DNA from: Zootoca vivipara
Lineage: Eukaryota
DNA length: 64,000 nucleotides
NCBI RefSeq assembly: GCF_963506605.1
Contig: NC_083288.1
Location: 43,214,001 to 43,278,000, forward strand
Direction: 5' to 3'
In this document: in pieces, positions 50,059 to 62,634 of the stretch
Numbering within the stretch: position 1 is the stretch's first letter
Layout: each line of letters opens with the position of its first letter
Program-made: the position numbers and the translations under genes
Notes under the pieces: model-generated
Told to the model about the DNA's origin: nothing
Databases searched by the model: none
The model's input: the letters and a program-made list of their open reading frames with translations, nothing else

Positions 50059-51350
50059 CAGTAGAGGTGGAAGAGACCTTAAGGTCATTCAGTCCCAACT
50101 CCTGAATGCAGGAATCTCAGCTAAAGCACCCATGACAGATGGGCATCCAAGCTCTGCTGTAAAACCTCCAATGAAGACGAGTCCACTACTAACTGATGGA
50201 GTCCCTTCCACTCTTTCGTCAGCCTTTACTGACAAAAAGTTCTTCCTGATGTTTAGTTGTGGAATCTCCTTTCTTGCAACTTGAATCCATTGGTTTGGGT
50301 CCTACCCTCCAGAGCAACAGGAAACAAGCTTGCTTGAGACAGCCCTTGATATATTTAAAGATGGCAATTATATACCCTAAGGATATTAAACATATTAGGC
50401 TAAATATACACATTCCATTGTACTGTTTCTTCTAAGGTTTGGTTTCCAGACCCTTGAACATCCTGATTACCCTACTCTGTACACGCTCCACCTTGTCAAC
50501 ATCCTTCTTCAATTGTGTTGTCCAGAATTGGATACATTATTCCTGGTATGATCTGACCAAGGCTAGAGTGGTACTATTACTTCCCTTGATCTGGACTTTA
50601 TATGTTTGTTGATGCAGCCTAGAATAGAATTAGGTCTTTCTTTGCTGCTGCATCGTACTGTTGTGTCAGGAATGAGCCAGCTCCTAGTGAAAGTTTGCAG
50701 CTAACTGCAGAAAACAGCCAGGAACAGAGAGGCTGCTTTGATGTTAGACAGAGGAAAGCCAGCAGCTGCATATTCCAGCTCCTCCTGACCTTGACGTGCA
50801 AGGAATGGAGAGCAGGCTAGAATGCAGTCAAAGCTCACTGGAAGCACAAACATGTGGGAACGAGTTAAGAGATAGCTTCTCAGATAACGGGAAGAGGTGG
50901 GAGCTGACCCTCTCAGTCCAAGTTCTCAGTGAATGTGAGGGTTGCAAGATAGGAAGCAGAACAAAAGATATAAGAAGTGAAAGTTCAGTTGCTTCTGGTC
51001 ATGCCAGAAGCAGTCTTCAGAAGGGTGCCGGAGGCTTTGTTAGAGCCGTCCCGAGCTATCTGTTTGTTTGTTTGTTTGTTTTTGCAATAAATCCTCCTTT
51101 TTAATTAGCTACGCTTAGTGTGTTATCAAGCTGAGAACCTGGACTCCTGACATGTTGACTCATGTTAAGCTTCTCCACCAAGACCCCTAGATCCTTCCCC
51201 CATGTTCTGCCAGTAAGCCTGGTTTCCTCCATCATATATTTCTGCATCTGGTTCTTCCTGTCTAAGTGCAGAACCTCCCTATCAAAATTCATTTTCTTAT
51301 TTTGGGTCCAGTTCTCCAATCTATTAAGGCTATTTTGAATTATGATTCTG
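50059..51350 (-). mobile_element. Old CR1 fragment interrupted by a solo LTR
   Basis: Paralog of 9858-10655. Confidence 0.85.
50664..51152 (+). mobile_element. Solo LTR (489 bp)
   Basis: TGTCAGGA..TCCTGACA termini, 5-bp TSD TGTTG, TATA-like ATATAAG and AATAAA; absent from the 10.4 kb paralog. Confidence 0.9.
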
Positions 51351-51384
51351 CCCTATGAAAGGACAGAAGCTGTAAAGTTTTGCA

Positions 51385-51580
51385 ATGAGGTGGAGGAGTA
51401 TTATTCTGGTGCTTGTGCTGCTGGTGCCGTTCCCTCATATGGTGTGCAAATTCCATAGTTTTAAATGTATTGCTAATGATCCTGTCCCACATACATGGCA
51501 CCAGCCAGGTGAAATCCTCCTTGGTTGGACTGTGTCTTTTATTATCCTTTCCTGATCTTGACCTCAGGAGACCCCCCACT
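51385..51580 (+). pseudogene. Orphan V2R exon 1 (paralog of 10683)
   Basis: MRWRSIILVLVLLVPFPHMVCK..WHQPGEILLG; TGA at 51553-51555; internal deletion; donor GT changed to GC. Confidence 0.85.
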
Positions 51581-51989
51581 GCAAGCCACTATTTCTCCCT
51601 CCTCCCTGAAATGTGCTTGGATTATATTTCATAAGTGATTCCAACTTTATCCCTTCCAAATGGTGTGTTTGCTATATCCCCCACTCTTTACCTGTCAGGT
51701 GCACAGAGTGGCTTACATAATCAAACAATCAAACAATATTTAAATCAACCATTAAATCATGCCTATTTCCAAAAAGGGAAAACCTTAACCTTGACCTAAC
51801 TAATCAGAAATTAAATGCCTGAGTAAAACAAACAACAACCTATGCTTGAATAAGTGAATGAGACAGCAACAACTGCTGAAGCAAAAAATAAAACTGAAAA
51901 GTTGAAAAGCAGCCTGCATCTAAAAGGACAAGCTGACCGTGTGTAAATGTGCTTTACCTCACTGGTAGGTTAGAGGAAAGCTTATTTAT

Positions 51990-52746
51990 AGTTGGTTGCA
52001 AACACTTACCTAAACTGTCTCCTTGTTGCTGGGGCGGGCCCGATTGGATGGCCACCGCACCCCATTGGGTGCACCTCTGTTGCCGCGGTAGAAAATTTGG
52101 CTGTTTGGGCTTTGATTGGAGTATTAGGGGCTGTTTAAGGTGCTGCATCTTGCACCGGATCTCCCCTCCCCTATAATTAGGGCAGTGTTTTTGACCTTGC
52201 TATGCCTGTCTAGGGATCATCTGCTTTTGGAGTGGGGGCCAGGTAGAAATTTTGCCACTTGGCTGATTGGCTGGTGCCATTTGGTTTTTGCCTACCGTGT
52301 AGCAAATCGTCACAACTTTGTAAAGTTGGCGGTTAGGCATTGGTTCATTGTTTGGTGGAAGGGATGTGGTTGGCTGTGCCTGCTGCTCATTTGCTGCTGC
52401 TAGGGAATTCCATTAAAGGAACCCAGGGGCTCGATTTGCTCTGTCTGATTCCCTATCGAAAAGGGTCATGCCAGAGTCCCTGGGAGCATTTGGGGTAAAC
52501 TAAGAGACGGAATTCTGCCTCTGTTCTCCCCCGGTATGTTTTCCCTTACTGACCTCTGGAGGTGTCCAGTTGTCAGTCCTGTTCCTGCCTGAGTGCAGGT
52601 TCAGGTAGTCCGAACCAATGCCTAAGCAACCATTCACATGCTGTAATCGATAAAGCTGTGGCCAAATTAATGCCAAAAACCTAAACAAATATTTTGTGTC
52701 TATTGTGATTTATTTTGGGGAGTGGTTTGGGGGTCTTCACACGCAA
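51990..52746 (+). mobile_element. LTR-like family copy (left boundary approximate)
   Basis: Conserved core at about 52246-52345, GATAAAGCTGTGGCC, end CACGCAA. Confidence 0.6.
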
Positions 52747-53574
52747 ATTCAGGGGTTGCTTTATACAACCTGGAGCTCGTAGACACCCAGTTGGAGCAGC
52801 AAGAGTAGCTGTGCAGCACTGTCGCCTTGCAATGCAGGATATTGAAATACTTCTCTGACAAGTTAATTTACACAAAAGCAGTCTTCTAGTTTATAATTTT
52901 GTTACATAATCTAGGTGAAGTGCACAGGCCACTGAGTGGCACTGAGCCAAAATTTCTCAGAAGCCCCCTTTTTCTCCCACAGAAAATAATTTAACTTTGC
53001 GGAATTTCCTTCTAATATTTCCCTCCTCCCCTCCTCTCTCTCCTTTTAGCAAGCAAAACCATTGCTCACAATTTCACAAATAATTCTAGTTCCGGGTCAT
53101 TGTGGAGATTGTGGCATAATCTCAACAGGAAAAAAAAGTGAACAAGGACATTGTGGGCATTTAATGTGCTCTAGCTAAATGTTCAGGGGATTGGGGTGCT
53201 AATGCTTATATTAGTTTATTTTGACCAACCAGCTTTCCCCATTAACTTTAAAAGTAATACCCAGTCTGAAAGAACATCCTATTTTGTACATTGGTTGTGG
53301 TAACCAGTCAACTGAACAAGGACTTGGACAAACAAATGCACTTCCTTTCACATCAGCATGCAGCAATCCAAGCAGTAAAGTAGAGAGGGATTTTGGACTG
53401 GAAATGGAATATGAGAATGCCCATCATAATATTGCCATTTCTGTTCTAAGCAAGGCTGCTTTCTAAGTTCATCATTCAGAGCTCATCACCACTGTGGTGA
53501 CCAGAGCGGGTAGTCTTACTGTGGAGCAGCAGAAAGTTATGTTGACATTTCACAGACATGGTTATGTCAGCCCT

Positions 53575-54306
53575 TGATAAATGGGATCCTCCTTAACAAG
53601 GGACCTGGTTGCGCTCGGGCTCCTAAGGCACCCCCACTGGGTAAGTTCTTGTTGGGCATGGCCCAAGCCTTAACAGTCAGGCCCTGGGATCACGCCTGGC
53701 TGTTTGGGCCAATCTGGATGCATGGCGTGATTCCAGGGGTGTATAAAAGCGGCAGCATGACGTAATTGGGGGCACTTGCTTCGCGATGCCGAACACCCTC
53801 CCTCCCTAATTTTAGGTTGTGCTCTTTGGCCTTGCTTTGGATTGGGTCGCTTGTTTTGGAAGAGGGGCTGGGTAGACATTTTCCCATTTGGCAGATTGGC
53901 TGTAGCAACTTGGTTTTCGCCTACCCCCTTAGCAATTGTCACAACTTTGTAAGGTTTCGTGGTTAGGCATTGGTTTATTGAAATGTGGGGGAGGTGAGGT
54001 GCAGCCATCACCTGCCCCTCTGGGAATAGGGTATTCTGGTAAAGGAATCTGGGGGTCCTGGATCTCATCCGAAGTCCACTTGAGCGGCTAGGGCCGTGGC
54101 AGGACCACAGGAACCCCGGGACGAGCTTCGATTGATCTTCATCGATGTTGCTCCCTCGTTTGGTGTTTACCCTTTCAGGCTACCAGCTCACTTTTGCTGT
54201 AATCAGTAAAGTTGTGGCCTAAATTATTTCCCAATAACTTAAACTAAAATTATGTGTCTGTATGAAGTTATTTACAGGGGAAGGGCTTGGGGGCCTCTAA
54301 GTGCAA
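53575..54306 (+). mobile_element. LTR-like family copy (left boundary approximate)
   Basis: CCAAT 53709, TATAAA 53742, conserved core, AGTAAAGTTGTGGCC, end GTGCAA. Confidence 0.6.
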
Positions 54307-54790
54307 CCCTGTTACTACTGATGCAATGCCAAGCCCCAAAACACTGCAGCAGTTATTATCTCTTCCATAATTATCAAACTTACAGTCATTATTTCAATGG
54401 CAAATCCAAAGCTCGGAGCTTCCTCCCAGAGGTATGGGGGCGGGAGAAATAAGCAAGCGAGTGAAATAATATAAAGCCCCACTGAGGTAGATACACTTAA
54501 GTGTAGGGACTAAGGGCCGGCAGGGCTATGTCATTTCAAACTCTGGCAGTTTTCCCCTTTCACTGTATAGATCAGTCAAGCATTCAGATAATGTTCTTAA
54601 AATACAGAAATGCCTTAGAAAGCCTTTAGATTGCAAATCTAAAAGTGGACACAAGTCTCTTTAACTAGTGCATTGGCTGGCCATCAGCTAAAATTTAAAG
54701 TGCATTCTTTAAAGTAGGATGAATTAAAATTATTGATTAGGCTACAGAGAACCATTTGGAAATCAACTGTGCAGCGTTGACATCAGAAGG

Positions 54791-55011
54791 ATGGTGACTG
54801 TGGTGTTCATGGTTCTTGTGGTGGTGTTTCCTCATGTAGTGTGCAATGCACACAATGTTATGTGTGCTGCGAATGATCTTGTTCATGTTCCACATGAGTG
54901 GCACCAGCCAGGTGAAATTCTAATTGGTGGGATTGTGTCTTATATCTATTATCTTGTACCCGGCGTTGACTTCAAGAAACCCCCATCTCAGGAGCAGATT
55001 GATGTTCCACT
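54791..55011 (+). CDS. V2R G5 exon 1 (different subfamily)
   Basis: MVTVVFMVLVVVFPHVVC..WHQPGEILIGGI; donor CT|GTAAG. Confidence 0.92.
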
Positions 55012-55470
55012 GTAAGATATGGTTCCACCCCCTAGATTTGAACTTTCACTATACTTTGACAATTCCTTCTGTTTTCATGACTGCTGACCCATGAGTGAGT
55101 GTGTGAATAAATGTGTGCATATTGGCAAGAAACCATTGTTCATGCAGACAATGAAATGTTCTAAAGCTTAATTTATAATGAATTAAAATAGATGTTCAAA
55201 ATCTCATTTCCCCAAATGCCCAAAGCATTCATTTTGGGGATTATTGGGAGTGAGATTCCAAGAGACCCAAAGTGATGCCCAATTGAATGTAAAGGAGTAA
55301 TTAGGCATTGCAAAAGGAATTATCTTTGCTCAGTTATGTCCCTATCCCAGGCAACTGAATCTATTTCAAAGCAGAGCAGACCTGTAGATCTGGGGGCGGG
55401 GGGAGCACAATTTCATGCACTGTTCAGGCATTTCAGAATTCTACAATGAAACATCGAATTCTTCTTGCAG

Positions 55471-55762
55471 CGTGGTGACAAAATTCTATCAGCACATCCT
55501 GGCTTTGGTGTTTGCCGTCCATGAAATCAATAAAAACCCCAAGCTTTTGCCAAATATCACTATTGGATTCCATATTTATGACAGCTACTATGATGCTGGG
55601 ATAACATATCGTACTACGTTGGGCCTGCTCTTCCAGTCACATAGGTTTGTCCCTAACTACAAATGTGGCACAGAGGGGAATTTAATGGGAGTCGTTGGTG
55701 GTCTGGATTCTGATACCTCTTCACACATGTCAGACATCTTAGGCCTGTACAAGATTCCACAG
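55471..55762 (+). CDS. V2R G5 exon 2
   Basis: 292 nt, VVTKFYQHILALVFAVHEIN..YKIPQ|GT. Confidence 0.95.
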
Positions 55763-56254
55763 GTAGGATTCATCGGTTGGGTCTTCTCTAATCCCATCCA
55801 TCTACTCTTCTTTCCTCTTTCAGATAGCAATTTCAAGATTGAAATAGAGAGAGGTTTTTCATTGGGGAAAGGTAGGGTGAAATACACGGATATGATGGGG
55901 ATATGAAATGTCTATTCTGTAGATTTGTGGATACATCCAAATTTCCCTCACTTTAAATTATATGAGGGTTGATAACATGTAGGCCTTCAAGTCTTTGGAA
56001 TTTCCATCACAGCGAAGTACAGCTAGCCCATCGTCAGTCAGCTTAGCTCTCCTCTGTTCTTTTTTAAATAATACAGTTTTAAAACTATCCAATTCAGAAG
56101 CACTTTTGAGATGAGGAAGAAGAAAAAGGGTGTACTGAATTATTATATAGTCTTGTTGAACTTTCACATTTGTAAATTTCAGTTAAAATGTGTTTAATCA
56201 TGGTTCTTTTAATAATGTTTTATGGATATGTTAATGTCATTTATGCAGCTGAAT

Positions 56255-57160
56255 AATTTTTTATTGAGTTTCTGATAATTTTATATCATATAACAACAAG
56301 ACCGTTTCAAACATTAAAATACAAGGTTATTTTGAACCTTCAGACCTCTTTCCCTCCCTCCAAGGGTTCCATATTGAGATTTAAGTTCACTGCATCTTTT
56401 ACTCTTATCCATCTATTATATAACCATAATTACCATAAATAATTCCACATTACAAGTTCTAAATTATAAGATTTTAACTGTGTACAGCGATCTTTTAAAT
56501 AAATTACAAATTTACTCCAGTCTTTAGAAAATACTTTATCTTCCTGGTTTCGGATCTTCCCCGTCAGTTTTGCCATTTACGCAAACTCAATCATTTTCAT
56601 CTGCCATTCTTCTTTTGTCGATACTTCTCCTTCCTTCCATCTCTGGGCTAGTAGCATTCTCGCTGCCATCGTTGCATACATAAAAAGTCTTTTATTTTCT
56701 CTTGGAAAATCTTCATCTATCATACCTAGTAAAAAGGCTTCTGGTTTTTTGATAAATGTATTTTATTTTACTTTACACTTTACTTAACTCATTATATATC
56801 CCAGAAAGCCTTTACTGATGTACATGTCCACCACAGATGTTTAAAAGTCCCCTCTTTCTCTTTACATTTCCAACATAATTTTGAACTTGTTTTGTACATT
56901 TTACAATTTTACTTGGTGTTAGATACCAATGATACATCATTTTCATATAATTTTCTTTCAACGAAAAGCATGCAGTAAAATTTATTTCCTCTTTCCAAAA
57001 CTTTTCCCAGGATGAAAGTTGGATATTATACCCAAAATCTCTAGCCCAATGTATCATCACTGCCTTAAGTTCTTCATCTTTTCTATGCCATTCTAAAAGT
57101 AGTTTGTACATTTTTGATAACACTTTCACATTATTTTCCATCAGCAGCTGAATATCCATC
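56255..57160 (-). mobile_element. L1 ORF2 C-terminus and 3' UTR
   Basis: KMYKLLLEW..WEKFW..KENYMKMMYHWYLTP, AATAAAAAA tail. Confidence 0.85.
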
Positions 57161-57313
57161 TTGATGCTATAGCAATTCTACCAATTATTAGGTTAGAAAC
57201 TTATATGATTATTTTGGAAATCTGACTTTTTTTTAAAAAAAATGCTACTCAGTTTTACATGTAAGATACAGTAATATTTTGGTTTTATCTCATTGTTACC
57301 TAGGGGTTATTTT

Positions 57314-57448
57314 TTACAGGTAGGTAGCCGTGTTGGTCTGACGTAGTCAAAACAAAAAATAAAAAAAATTCCTTCCAGTAGCACCTTAGAGACCAACTAA
57401 GTTTGTCATTGGTATGAGCTTTTGTGTGCATGCACACTTCTTCAGATA
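57314..57448 (-). mobile_element. Penelope-like pseudo-LTR fragment with mutated hammerhead (G12A)
   Basis: Same family as 34434; core reads CUGAAGA..AAAA instead of GAAA. Confidence 0.8.
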
Positions 57449-57786
57449 TTTTGTGTGGCAATTTATTAAACATTGTTGAAATTTAATTGATCTTATGTAA
57501 ACTGCTTAGGAAAGCTTGGTTATGTAAAGTGGTATAAAATTCTAATTAATAATAATAACAAATATTGTTCAATATTCTACAATTTTATTATTCTAAAGTA
57601 AGAAGAAAAGCATACATTATTTTGCATAACCTAGGGGTTACATTTGTAAGAATTACTTATGGATGTAATATTTCACATACATATTCAGATGGAAATCCAT
57701 ATTATTACTTCAGATTAATGTGATGAATAGTATAATAATACTATGAATAGTATTATTCATAGTATAATACTATTATTGATGAATAG

Positions 57787-57787
<1 letters not shown>

Positions 57788-57837
<50 letters not shown>

Positions 57838-58100
57838 TTATTAGCGGCTCCCAATCGAGTGTTAAAAACAATACAGCATTAAATATTAAATATTAAAAAC
57901 TTCCCTAAACAGGGCTGCCTTCAGATGTATTTTAAAAATAGGATAGCTGCTTATTTCCTTGTCATCTGATGGGAGGGCGCTCCACACTACCAAGAAGGCC
58001 CTTCGTCTGGTTCCCTGTAACCTCACTTCTCGCAATGAGGGAGCCGCCAGAAGGCCCTCGGCGATGGATCTCAGTGTCCGGGCTGAACGATGGGGTGGAG
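57788..58100 (-). mobile_element. L2-like 3' fragment with (AAT)n microsatellite tail
   Basis: Reverse-complement match to 13237-13275. Confidence 0.65.
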
Positions 58101-58559
58101 TATTACACTTTGAGCAATTTTAAGATGTCGTAGGGAACAGGATTGCCAAAAAATGGCAAAATCTCTTCATTCCACAATGAGAACAAATGAAAAAGGGTGT
58201 TTAATTGCACTTGATAATTCCTTGCAGGCTACCTTTGTGATACTTTTTGATCAAAAGGCAGGATAGAAATAAACATTGCAACCCTATTTACTTGGAAATA
58301 AATCTCACCGTTCAACAGAGGCTATGCTAGTACATGTTTGCAGAGGATTGCAGCTTAAATAAGTAATTACTCAATAACTCAATAAAATAAATAAATAAAT
58401 AAATATGTATTGCTATCCAAGGCTGGATCTAGACATGTCAAAGAAGTGATTCAGTTAAACGTGTTGCAAGTTCATACCGGGAAATCTGGTAAGATGAGAC
58501 TCCACAGCACAATCTGGTGTCAAAGTGTTATATTGCATATACAATACATAAAAAACATT

Positions 58560-58561
<2 letters not shown>

Positions 58562-58611
<50 letters not shown>
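58562..58611. repeat. (TA)n microsatellite
   Basis: About 25 TA units. Confidence 0.97.
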
Positions 58612-58613
<2 letters not shown>

Positions 58614-58745
58614 CAATCTAGCTGAGTCCCAGGTCTGCTCAGCCTTAATTATATCAATTGGTCTTAATTGGAGATAAAAAATATATATAGGATTATAGTC
58701 TAAGTATGAGCCTTTCTTGAAATGTCTCCTTTTTAAATTTTTTAG

Positions 58746-59609
58746 TTTTCATATGGCTCATTCCAACGAGTCATTAATGAGCAAACTGATCTTCCTTCTT
58801 TTTACCGCATGGTCCCTAATGAAGAGCTTCAGTACCAGGGAATTATTCATTTACTTCTGCATTTTGGATGGAAATGGGTTGGAATCATGATTTTGGATGA
58901 TGACAATGGAGAGCATTTCTTGAAGACTTTGGAGCCCATGTTTTCGCAGAGCGGGATCTGCTCAGCTTTCACCAACAGAGCTCCAGATGAGATGCGTTTC
59001 CAGAACCTCGCTGAAATGAACGATTACATTTTGAATAGCATTCAAGGTTTCAGAAAAACCAAAGCCAATGCAGTGCTTATATATGGTAAAACAGCAATCA
59101 TTAGATGGCTGGCAGCCATTCTGTGGTGGAAAAAGTTGTTGCCTTTAAGCGATCTTCAATATGAAGAATATATGACTCCTGGAAAGGTGTGGATTACGAC
59201 AGCTCAAATTGATTTTGCATTCTTTGTCCTGCAAAGGACATGGGATGTTCAAATGTTTCATGGAGCAATTTCATTTACAGTTCACTCAAATGAACATCTT
59301 GGCTTCCAAAATTTTATTCAGTTTATAAACCCTTCCAGTTCAACAGAAGATGGCTTCATCAAGGATTTCTGGGAACAAGCATTTGATTGTTTCCTGCAAG
59401 ATTTTGATGAATCCTGTACTGGAGAGGAGAGATTGGAGAGCCTTCCTGGACCTTTTTTTGAAATGAGCATGACAGGCCACAGCTACAGTATCTATAATTC
59501 TGTCTACGCTGTGGCACATGCCTTACACAGAATTTCTACATCTGAATCCAAAGACAAAACGATGAAGAATAAGGGTGGAATAGATCACCTGAATGTGGAA
59601 CCTTGGCAG
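58746..59609 (+). CDS. V2R G5 exon 3
   Basis: 864 nt, FSYGSF..FYRMVPNE..WKWVG..EPWQ|GT. Confidence 0.95.
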
Positions 59610-59629
59610 GTAAGTTGGCTACTCCTAAC

Positions 59630-60401
59630 AGAGGATCCATGTTGTGCACAGCCCTGGAACTCCTCCCCCAACCGGCTTGGAGGCGGGGCTTTGTCCCACT
59701 CCAGCTGGTGGTGCCACAATCATGCCACTGGCCTTTAGCCAATTGGCAACGTGGCAAGGCTGAGGGTTTGGGGTATTTATTTGGTGGCGCGACATGGGGA
59801 ACCCCTCTTTCTTCACACTGCCAAACACCCGCCCACCCACCCATTTGTTAGCTTGCATCTGGCCTTGCTTTGGACTTCTGTTGGTCACCCCTTTTGGAAC
59901 GGGGGCCAGGTAGGAATTTTTTTCCAGTGTGGCAGATTGGCAGTGGCCACTTGTTTTTTGCCTACCTCTTAGCAATCATCACAACTTTGTAAGGTTTGGC
60001 GGTTAGGCATTGGTTTAGGGGAATGTGGGGAGGGGAGGTGCGGCCATCACCTGCCCCTCCAGTTGATAGGGTAGTCTGTTAAAGGAATCCGGGGGTCTGG
60101 ATCTTGTCCGAAGCCTGGGGAGGTTCTAGGGCCATGCCACGACCCCCGGGAACCCCAGGGGTGAGCACCAGTCAATATACATTGATGGAGCTCCCCCTGC
60201 TGGTTGTTTACCCTTCCAGGCTTCCTGCAGGGTGGGCAGGAGCCAGTTATAATCTTGATACCAATGGCTAAGCCAATACCGGTAACACTTGTGTATTCCA
60301 TAAAGTTGTGGACAAAATTTGCCCATTAACATTTAAACTAAATTCTGCCTCCACTGTGTCTTTATTTCCATGGGGGACGGGTTTCAGGGCTCGAAGCACA
60401 A
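59630..60401 (+). mobile_element. LTR-like family copy in G5 intron 3 (left boundary approximate)
   Basis: Conserved core about 59910-60015, CATAAAGTTGTGGAC, end GCACAA. Confidence 0.6.
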
Positions 60402-61193
60402 TAGCTCCTCGCTGTCAAAGATCTAATGTATATTACAGATGTGGGATGTTCAATTTTCATTATGCTTGGCAGAAAATGGGGACTCCTCCCTCCTCTTGTG
60501 AATCTTTTAAATTCTTTTCACTGCAAGGCAAGCTGGCCCAAGGATCCACTGCATGCTAAGCGCCTCCTTCCAGTGTATTTTGACATAGGAATTATCCTTA
60601 AGTGGCACTATCTTCTATAATTCTATAAAAAATGATAGTGAACTCTTACTAATATTGTAAATATTTATCCAAAAGTGTCATATAATTGTTGGCAATGTAC
60701 AGGTGGAAATTAGATACCAATGTTGGATATCCTTTATGCTACAAATGAAGCTATGAAATCTAATTACGTATCTCCACTAATAAGGTTGGGGCATGTAGAA
60801 AGTACCATCTACAAATATCTGTGAAAGGGAAAGCAACCCATTTGTGATTATTCAGATTATTCATTCATTGACTATTTGAATCAAAATAGTCTTGAACAAT
60901 TGATATTCTGCAAATGTATTAAAATGAATTGAATTGAATTGTCCTTGTATGGTGCCTGATAGACATATCCAAGTTCTATGCTTTATCTGTCAGCTTGGTT
61001 CTACCATATTCAATCTACTCAATATAAGCCGTGCTATTTTGTGAAGATGGAATCTTTTTTTGTTTGTTTTGTTCACATAACATTTATAGTGTCTGGAAAT
61101 TGCTTTCTTAATGTAAAATCTATAGAAAAAGTATATTCTCAGTGAGAATATTTCAATATTTTAAATGCTATTCTATTCTCTTTCTTCCTGTAG

Positions 61194-61421
61194 CTCCATT
61201 CATGGCTTCAGAGGATCTCATTCAACAACTGTGCTGCAGATGAAATCATGTTTAACAAACATGGAGAACTATCATCTGGGTTCGATATTACAAGCTTGGC
61301 CACTTTCCCAAATAACTCGTATGCCAGAGTCAAAGTGGGAAGACTAGATCCTCAAGATTTAAAAAGAGATGTATTATCCATTAATGAAGAGAGAATTGAA
61401 TGGCACAGAGATTTGACTCAG
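61194..61421 (+). CDS. V2R G5 exon 4
   Basis: 228 nt, LHSWLQRISFNN..RVKVG..LTQ|GT. Confidence 0.95.
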
Positions 61422-61463
61422 GTGAATGGGATTTATGATTATCCACTGAGTGGTTAGTCAGTA

Positions 61464-61802
61464 CAGTGGTACCTCGGTTTAAGAACAGCCCTGTTTATGC
61501 ATAGCTGCCAAGTTTTCCCTTTTCTCGTGAGGAAGCCTATTCAGCATAAGGGAATTTCCCTTTAAAAAAAGGAGAACTTGGCAGCTATGTGTTTATGAAC
61601 TATTCGGTTTACGAACTCCGCAAAACCGGAAGTAGTGTCCCGATTTGCGAACTTTACCTCGGTGTAAGAATGTTAGCCAAACGGTGGAAGGGCACCAGCG
61701 GCAGGAGGCCTCATTAAGGAAAGTGCACCTCAGTTTAAGAACGGTTTCGGTTTAAGAACGGACTTCCGGAATAGATTAAGTTCGTAAAACGAGGTACCAC
61801 TG
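61464..61802. mobile_element. Tigger-like MITE with a nested 90-bp hAT MITE (61500-61589)
   Basis: Outer CAGTGGTACCTCG TIRs with TA TSD; inner CATAGCTGCCAAGTT TIRs with TSD TGTTTATG. Confidence 0.92.
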
Positions 61803-62084
61803 TACATTGAAGGCAACCAATGGAGAGACTCTTCATGCAATGTGTCATTGATTCTTGCTGTAGGCTGAAAAGGCAGAGGTGATATGTATCCCAGGTTGAG
61901 TTCTTGAAATGGAAAAATAGCCTCTTTTTTGATAGGCTTGCTCTCCCCTGGAAGGAGCAAGTTTGTAGATTGGGGGTAGCCCCAGATACAACATTGTCAC
62001 TTGTGGCCCCAGTGGGATCAGTGCATAGGACTGCCTATTTCTAGCTTCATCTGGTTCACCAGCTAAGGCCCCTTTGGGATAGAG

Positions 62085-62280
62085 ATGACTTGGCCATGGT
62101 ATTTCATGATCTGCTGATTTCCATATGGAATCATTGCAGTGCATTCTATGTGCAGCTGCCCTTGAAGATGACTTGGAAACTTTATCTGGTGCAAAAGGCA
62201 GTAGCCAGATTATTGGCTGGCATTGCCTTTCGAATTCACGTAATCCCTGGCATTGGGTGCCAGTTCATTTTGAGGCCCAA
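62085..62280 (+). mobile_element. Old L2 LINE fragment
   Basis: LPLKMTWKLYLVQKAVARLL resembles the L2 KLQLVQNAAARLL motif. Confidence 0.65.
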
Positions 62281-62634
62281 TAGAAGGTCCTCAAATATCT
62301 AATAGACTTTGTCCTTCCATACTGACTATACCAGGTATTAAGATCAGCTTAAATAGTGTAAGCCATGCCCCCGGCTGACCAGATTGGTTGGCCCAAGGAC
62401 TGATGCAGCCAGGGACTCCCTATGATGCAGGGGCCAGCCCCGCCCCCTGCACACGGGATGGGCTCATGACCAGCCCACAACTTCACTTCCCTGGGGAAGG
62501 GAAATGGCTTAATTGCACATTGTGGATTGGATATCATTGTTGGATATCATCAGACATGTAAATGTTGATAATATCTAAATCAACATTTCTGAAACATTTT
62601 CTCAATGCTAAATTCCTCCTTTGTTTAAGACCAG

